Assembly (NCBI GenBank): GCA_048882385.1
Contig: JBHLRQ010000005.1
Location: 1-62,220 of the forward strand
Length of the DNA: 62,220 nucleotides
From: Candidatus Thorarchaeota archaeon
GTDB taxonomy: Archaea; Asgardarchaeota; Thorarchaeia; Thorarchaeales; Thorarchaeaceae
Direction: 5' to 3'
Of the stretch, positions 57,292 through 62,220 are shown piece after piece. The notes beneath the pieces are model-generated. The model was not told the DNA's origin. It worked only from the letters and a program-made list of their open reading frames with translations, and searched no databases. Both the position numbers and the translations under genes were made by a program. Each line of letters opens with the position of its first letter. Positions within the stretch are counted from its first letter, which is position 1.

Positions 57292-59073
57292 ATGACTAAG
57301 TCAGAAGTATCATGGGATCTTTCACCTATGGTGAATGGGAAATCCCCCGAAGAAGTGAAAAAACTCTACGACAGTTTAGTCAAAGAGGCTGAAGAATTCG
57401 CTACGAAGTATATGGACCGGATTTCCTCGATGGACGTATCTGAAATCAAGAAGATGCTTACTGAGTATGAAGTCTTCTCAGTCAAGGTGCAGGACGCTTC
57501 AGGGTATGGAAAACTTAGATTCAGCGCCCAGTCAACTGATAAGGAGGCAGCTCAGCTTAATGATTGGTCCAAGGAAACAACCAGCAAAATCGACCAGATG
57601 CAAAAACCTCTTTTTCTGAAACTGGGTCAGCTGGTGCAAGAAAGACCTGAACTCATCGATGACCAAACACTTGGGTCGTACAAACACTATCTGGAACGGT
57701 TGAAGGCCCACGCTCCATATAGACTCTCAGAAGCTGAGGAACGTGTCATTATCCAGAAAGATCTCTATGGTATCCAGCTTGTTTCACAGATGCGTAACGC
57801 TTGGGTGTCAGAAAAGTTGTTTGATATTGAGCTCGACGGTGAAAAGAAAACAATGCCTTTTCCCCAACTTGATGCTTTGAGGATGCATCCTGACAGAGAG
57901 GTCCGCAGGATGGCAACAAGAGTTCTGTATAAGAGTTTGGCTGATGACAAACTGCTCCATGGGAGTGCGCTCCGTTCGATTTGTGCTGATCATGTGAGCA
58001 TGACCAAGCTTCGCGGCTACCCAAATCCTATGTCTAAAGCACTTCTTGACCAAGATGTTGATGAAGAAACTGTTCACTCACTTCTATCAACCATCGAAAA
58101 CACTTCTGATCGGTTCCGTGAGTTCCTTTCTCTAAAGACCAAATTCATGGGGGTTGACAAGCTTGAGGGCTCTGATCTCGTAGCGCCATTCACTGAAGAC
58201 CTTGTTTGGAAGTTCAACTGGCAAGAGGCGAGGAAGATAATTGTTGAGTCCTTTGGTTCATTTGATCGTGAAATTGGAGTAATTGTGGACAACATGTTCA
58301 AAGAGAAACGAATAGATGCTGCAAACCGTAGCGGGAAAACCTACGGTGCCTTCTGCTCCCGACATGTCGGTGCAAAGAGCACGTTCGTTCTAACATCCTA
58401 CAATGACACGATGTCAGACCTCTATACTCTGGCACATGAACTCGGCCATTCAGTACAGAATCACCTCACATTTCACAAACAGACTCCTCTGAACTATTCT
58501 ACATCCTCATGTCTTGCTGAGATGGGATCGATTTTTGGCGAACTTCTCCTGACAGATACGATTCTCAAAATATCTGAGTCGAAGGAGCAAAAGGTGGAAA
58601 TACTAGCTCATGTCCTTGGAACCTTCTTTTACATCGTTTACTACGTAGGTGTGCGAGCTCTCTTCGAAACAAGTCTCTATGATACAATTCTAGATGGCAA
58701 GTTTTTGGATGCAGACACTGCCTGTGAGGTGTGGAAAGAAGCCAAGAAACGTATCTGTGGAGACAGTGTGGTCTGGAACGAGTTTATGGAGATGGAGTGG
58801 GCTCGATTCGGCCACACATTCATACCCAACTACAGATACTACAACTTCAGCTATAGTTTTGCTCAGCTTCTCGTGTTCGCACTCTACGAGTTGTATCAGC
58901 AAGAAGGAGAGAGTTTTGTCGTTAGATTCAAAGAGCTCCTCGCTGGAGGTAACACAAAGAGTGTCCGAGAACACCTCTCAGACTTTGGATTTGATATCAC
59001 AGATCCTGGATTCTGGGAGCTTGGGGCAAAACAGGCAAACCGGTTTCTAGATGAGTTCAAGAAACTGATATAG
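57292..59073 (+). CDS. pepF: M3B oligoendopeptidase F
   Basis: WDLS, GKTYGAF, TLAHELGH, LAE..S, YNFSY. Confidence 0.92.
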   Translation: MTKSEVSWDLSPMVNGKSPEEVKKLYDSLVKEAEEFATKYMDRISSMDVSEIKKMLTEYEVFSVKVQDASGYGKLRFSAQSTDKEAAQLNDWSKETTSKIDQMQKPLFLKLGQLVQERPELIDDQTLGSYKHYLERLKAHAPYRLSEAEERVIIQKDLYGIQLVSQMRNAWVSEKLFDIELDGEKKTMPFPQLDALRMHPDREVRRMATRVLYKSLADDKLLHGSALRSICADHVSMTKLRGYPNPMSKALLDQDVDEETVHSLLSTIENTSDRFREFLSLKTKFMGVDKLEGSDLVAPFTEDLVWKFNWQEARKIIVESFGSFDREIGVIVDNMFKEKRIDAANRSGKTYGAFCSRHVGAKSTFVLTSYNDTMSDLYTLAHELGHSVQNHLTFHKQTPLNYSTSSCLAEMGSIFGELLLTDTILKISESKEQKVEILAHVLGTFFYIVYYVGVRALFETSLYDTILDGKFLDADTACEVWKEAKKRICGDSVVWNEFMEMEWARFGHTFIPNYRYYNFSYSFAQLLVFALYELYQQEGESFVVRFKELLAGGNTKSVREHLSDFGFDITDPGFWELGAKQANRFLDEFKKLI

Positions 59074-59192
59074 ACGGGCCATACTTCGGCCAATCTGGCC
59101 GTAGCTTTGCTTCTTTTCCAAACCTATTACACCTAATTTTGAGGTGTTAATATACAAAAATAATCGATTAGAGTATAGGAGAGGAGGAGTAT

Positions 59193-60428
59193 TTGTCAGA
59201 TAAACCGTTTCTTACCGTGCGTAGTGCCAGGGAACCGTTGATAGATTATCATTTCATTTTCAAAACTCCTGCTGATGAAGGTAGTAATTTCCATCAAAGA
59301 AAATCGAATCTTGAGTGGGTAGAAGAAATTGACAAAGCAGTACGAATTGATATCAGCTCTAACTGGTTGACAGAGGTTGACCTGAGTCCATTGACATCAT
59401 GTAAGGGTCTTGAATATCTCAGTCTTGCTGTGAATAGACTTCAAACGATAGATCTTACACCTTTACAAAACTGTAAGCGTCTCAGACATCTGGATTTGTC
59501 TCATAACAATTTGACAGAAATTGATCTCACACCTCTCGCAGAGTGTGAAAGCTTAGTGTATCTATACATGCAGGAGAATAGGTTCAGCAGAGTCAATATT
59601 GCGCCTCTTCTAAAACTTAAGTATCTAACAACTGCTGTAATTCAACTCACGCATCGTGGTCCTCGACCTAAAATCATCATTGACTCTTTCATGAGTAACA
59701 AGCCTCCTCACCTCAATGATGTTCTTTTTGCATTTATAGCTGGAAGGAAAGCTAATTTTGTGCCAGAGTGGCTCTATGACAAGAGCGCTGAGGTTGAATA
59801 CTCACCACAATCATATGCTGAGCTCGTGGCCAAATTTGGATGGAGAGTTGTAAAGGAACATCTCTTAGCTCTATCAAAAACTTTGAAGATTGAGAATGAA
59901 TTTTCCAGTCAGAACCTCCTTCTAAAGGAATTTGGATTTCCCGAACTGGCCTGCTATGATGGAAAACTGCGTGACATCGTCAAACTTCTACCAACTAAAG
60001 GAACCTATGAAACTGGAGTTCATTTATTAAAATCAAGGATAGTGTCACTGCTGGAAAAACAGCTAGAAACAGGAGGAAGTACACTCTATTTCGATATGGA
60101 AATACTTGCAACTACATGCGGTAGCGTTCTAATCCCCTCACTTCTCAAACGACGCGAGAGTGAAATGCGCGATGTCACACTTTTCGATCGAAAAGGAACA
60201 GTGGACTTGCTTCCTTTGTGGGCTACCAGTTATGGACACAAGATTCTCAGAGCTCTAGCTGTTGGGAGACGAATCAATTCTTCTAGACTCCCTGCTATTG
60301 AAAAAGCTCTCAATGAGGTTAATCATGATCTCCAAGTTGAGAAGGTGGTCTATGACGCGCGAAAACACAATAATGAGTCATCCTTACGTAGTGTCATTCT
60401 CAGTCATCTTAACAAATCATTAAAATAA
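59193..60428 (+). CDS. Leucine-rich repeat protein with unnamed C-terminal domain
   Basis: About four 24-aa repeats of the form IDLTPL..C..L..L.L..N.L at about 59340-59630. Confidence 0.88.
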   Translation: MSDKPFLTVRSAREPLIDYHFIFKTPADEGSNFHQRKSNLEWVEEIDKAVRIDISSNWLTEVDLSPLTSCKGLEYLSLAVNRLQTIDLTPLQNCKRLRHLDLSHNNLTEIDLTPLAECESLVYLYMQENRFSRVNIAPLLKLKYLTTAVIQLTHRGPRPKIIIDSFMSNKPPHLNDVLFAFIAGRKANFVPEWLYDKSAEVEYSPQSYAELVAKFGWRVVKEHLLALSKTLKIENEFSSQNLLLKEFGFPELACYDGKLRDIVKLLPTKGTYETGVHLLKSRIVSLLEKQLETGGSTLYFDMEILATTCGSVLIPSLLKRRESEMRDVTLFDRKGTVDLLPLWATSYGHKILRALAVGRRINSSRLPAIEKALNEVNHDLQVEKVVYDARKHNNESSLRSVILSHLNKSLK

Positions 60429-60471
60429 GTCAATGAGGGACTCCAGCATTTTTAGAAATGATTGTCTTCTT

Positions 60472-60515
60472 AAAAGGTAATTTTCCGAACCTTGAGGTTC
60501 GGAATTTTACGTTTT
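60472..60515. repeat. Long imperfect palindrome in intergenic DNA
   Basis: Core TTCCGAACCT-tg-AGGTTCGGAA (60483-60504), extended by GTAA/TTAC and AAAA/TTTT arms. Confidence 0.7.
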
Positions 60516-60603
60516 TCACTAATCTACGTGACAAAATCCGCATTTGCTTAGTTCAACGGAATGATATTCAATCAAACCATTATTTGCCATAACAAGCATA
60601 CGC

Positions 60604-60981
60604 TTGGAGGTATTCGCATTGGTTAAGAAAGACATAGCTATCCAAAGAAAACCTACCAGCAGTTTGGTGTCTCCAACCTATACAAGCTTGACATCCTCCG
60701 GTGGAGTTGGTCGAACACGTCTAGTTGGATTCTTTGCCTTTGTTGGTTTACTTGGATCGCTGTTAATCTTGACCGTTCTGCCAGGACTACTGATATTCAT
60801 AATCCCGGGACAGATATATCTGGCAGGAAAGGCCTATGACGGAATTACCTGTGGAAAGGACCCTGAGCCTTATTGTCCAGCATGTCCTATGACAAAACCA
60901 GTACGCGAACTTGCGGAACTGACAACTGACAGCGATCGCACTAGTGTAGAACACCGCGGTCATTATCCATATACCGCATAG
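60604..60981 (+). CDS. Small membrane protein with CxxC motif
   Basis: Hydrophobic central segment, C..YCPAC; GGAGGT RBS favours TTG 60619. Confidence 0.55.
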   Translation: MEVFALVKKDIAIQRKPTSSLVSPTYTSLTSSGGVGRTRLVGFFAFVGLLGSLLILTVLPGLLIFIIPGQIYLAGKAYDGITCGKDPEPYCPACPMTKPVRELAELTTDSDRTSVEHRGHYPYTA

Positions 60982-60999
60982 CTTTCCGACTTCGATTTT

Positions 61000-61035
61000 G
61001 GGAGTCCCATCATCCTCCCGGATTTTGGGGCTCCC
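61000..61035 (+). terminator. GC-rich hairpin followed by a pyrimidine run, downstream of the small membrane gene
   Basis: GGGAGTCCCA..ATCC-tccc-GGAT..TGGGGCTCCC then CTCCTTCATTTT. Confidence 0.4.
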
Positions 61036-61123
61036 CTCCTTCATTTTCTCAAGCGTTTCGCCTAGTTAGCAATGCATAAATCGTTGATTATAGACCTGCG
61101 AATTGTAATTCGCTGTGAGCTAG

Positions 61124-62041
61124 GTGGATGTGTATTCTTTGGATGAAATCGATAAGAAAATCCTCTATGATGTACAAGACAACTGTAGGATTAGTTACCA
61201 GGAGCTCTCGCGTAAATATGGAATCTCAGCAAATGCTATCCGAAGACGCATCTTGAATCTAGAAGAATCTGGTATAATCCATGGTTACTCAATCATTCTC
61301 TCCCCAGAAATGACTGGCACAGAATATCTCTTCGGGCTACTTACTACGGACGGTTCACGCGACGAAGTCGAAATGGTTGAAGAGATTGGTTCGAGTAAGA
61401 ATGTGATTGCCGCAGCAGCATATACAGATGGGATGTATGCATTGGTTGCTGAATACCATGGTGCTGAGGAACAGCTAGAAGTCGGGTCTTTTCTACGTCG
61501 AATTGAAAGTGTTGAGAAATCTGAGCTTCATACTATAGTACGAAGCTGGGGGGAAAAGATGAAACTTACAAAGACTCATCTCCGAGTGCTGGAGCCATTG
61601 CTTGAAGATCCCCGAATGCCCATTGTCGAAGTAGCTAAACGAGCGGGCTTGACTGCTCGCCGCGTACGTAGATTGGTCAAGGAACTTGAGGAAGGAGGAG
61701 GTCTCCGTTTTGTAGCACTCCTCGAGCTTGGTGCAGGCTCTAGTATCCCTTTCATTGTTCGAATCCGCTGGAATGAGAAAGAATATGAGTACTCTACAAC
61801 CCTCAACTGGATCAAGAAGGAGTATCCGCTGCACCATTGGGAATCATATGTTTCAGCCTCCGAGCCACTACTCTATGTTCTCCTTGTTGCAGATGATCTC
61901 ACTCAATTGACTGAGATCGTTCGTTCAATACGTAGCAACAAATTCGTGACCCATGTCCAGGCTTTGATTGGAGCCTATCACAAGTTTTTCTCTAGCTATA
62001 GACGTGAGAAGTTGATTGAGATGGTCCGTTCTGTTTCTTAG
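61124..62041 (+). CDS. Tandem Lrp/AsnC-type transcriptional regulator
   Basis: Two HTH units: LDEIDKKIL..CRISYQELSRKYGIS..RRRILNLEESGII and DPRMPIVEVAKRAGLTARRVRR. Confidence 0.88.
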   Translation: MDVYSLDEIDKKILYDVQDNCRISYQELSRKYGISANAIRRRILNLEESGIIHGYSIILSPEMTGTEYLFGLLTTDGSRDEVEMVEEIGSSKNVIAAAAYTDGMYALVAEYHGAEEQLEVGSFLRRIESVEKSELHTIVRSWGEKMKLTKTHLRVLEPLLEDPRMPIVEVAKRAGLTARRVRRLVKELEEGGGLRFVALLELGAGSSIPFIVRIRWNEKEYEYSTTLNWIKKEYPLHHWESYVSASEPLLYVLLVADDLTQLTEIVRSIRSNKFVTHVQALIGAYHKFFSSYRREKLIEMVRSVS

Positions 62042-62220
62042 TCAAACCTTCCTTCATCCTTTGTTTGTAAGTTTGATAGTTGTTGAAACGTTTGATGTTT
62101 GACGTATATCAAACAATTTATAAGCATTTGAGTCTAATTTTGATATGTGCCAAACGTTCAGCACGCCTGGAAGTTTGGCGATATTGCAAGGTGTCAATAA
62201 TGTCTACAAATTACAACACA

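Noticed and set aside
59074-59102. GGCC-rich possible hairpin after pepF
   Set aside because: Short and imperfect; at most an ordinary terminator
60787-61044. Minus-strand 85-aa ORF
   Set aside because: Overlaps the better-supported plus-strand membrane gene and the hairpin; no motif
1-62220. CRISPR arrays, tRNA/rRNA genes, transposases, integrases
   Set aside because: No periodic repeat-spacer pattern, cloverleaf or recombinase motif was seen; intergenic gaps are short
1-62220. Selenocysteine or pyrrolysine read-through genes
   Set aside because: Recognised enzymes appear full length at their annotated stops and no split domain was noticed; not exhaustively tested

Overview
Gene-dense archaeal chromosomal segment, most consistent with an Asgard archaeon (Thorarchaeia-like). 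This is inferred from a Rab-like GTPase without a prenylation tail, a 24-aa-repeat LRR protein, a form IV RuBisCO-like protein, a tungsten AOR, archaeal TrmI/PyrF/GlmM and TATA-type promoters. About 50 CDS were found; no tRNA, rRNA, CRISPR array or transposase was recognised. Main points: (1) a small coiled-coil protein (17309-17701) ending in a motif closely resembling the Ena/VASP F-actin-binding segment, a candidate Asgard actin regulator; (2) a bshA/bshB/bshC bacillithiol-type cluster near glmM, with altered BshB and BshC active-site motifs and a Zn-ribbon insert, possibly making a variant thiol; (3) an unnamed domain shared by an LRR protein and an LRR-less protein 40 kb away; (4) a membrane-anchored surface protein with C2-like and NPP1/Vps62-like motifs upstream of the Rab; (5) an fhs-folD-fused FTCD folate C1 cluster, an SCP2-FabK-ADH-AOR operon and an RLP. 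All calls come from reading motifs by eye; no database searches were run.
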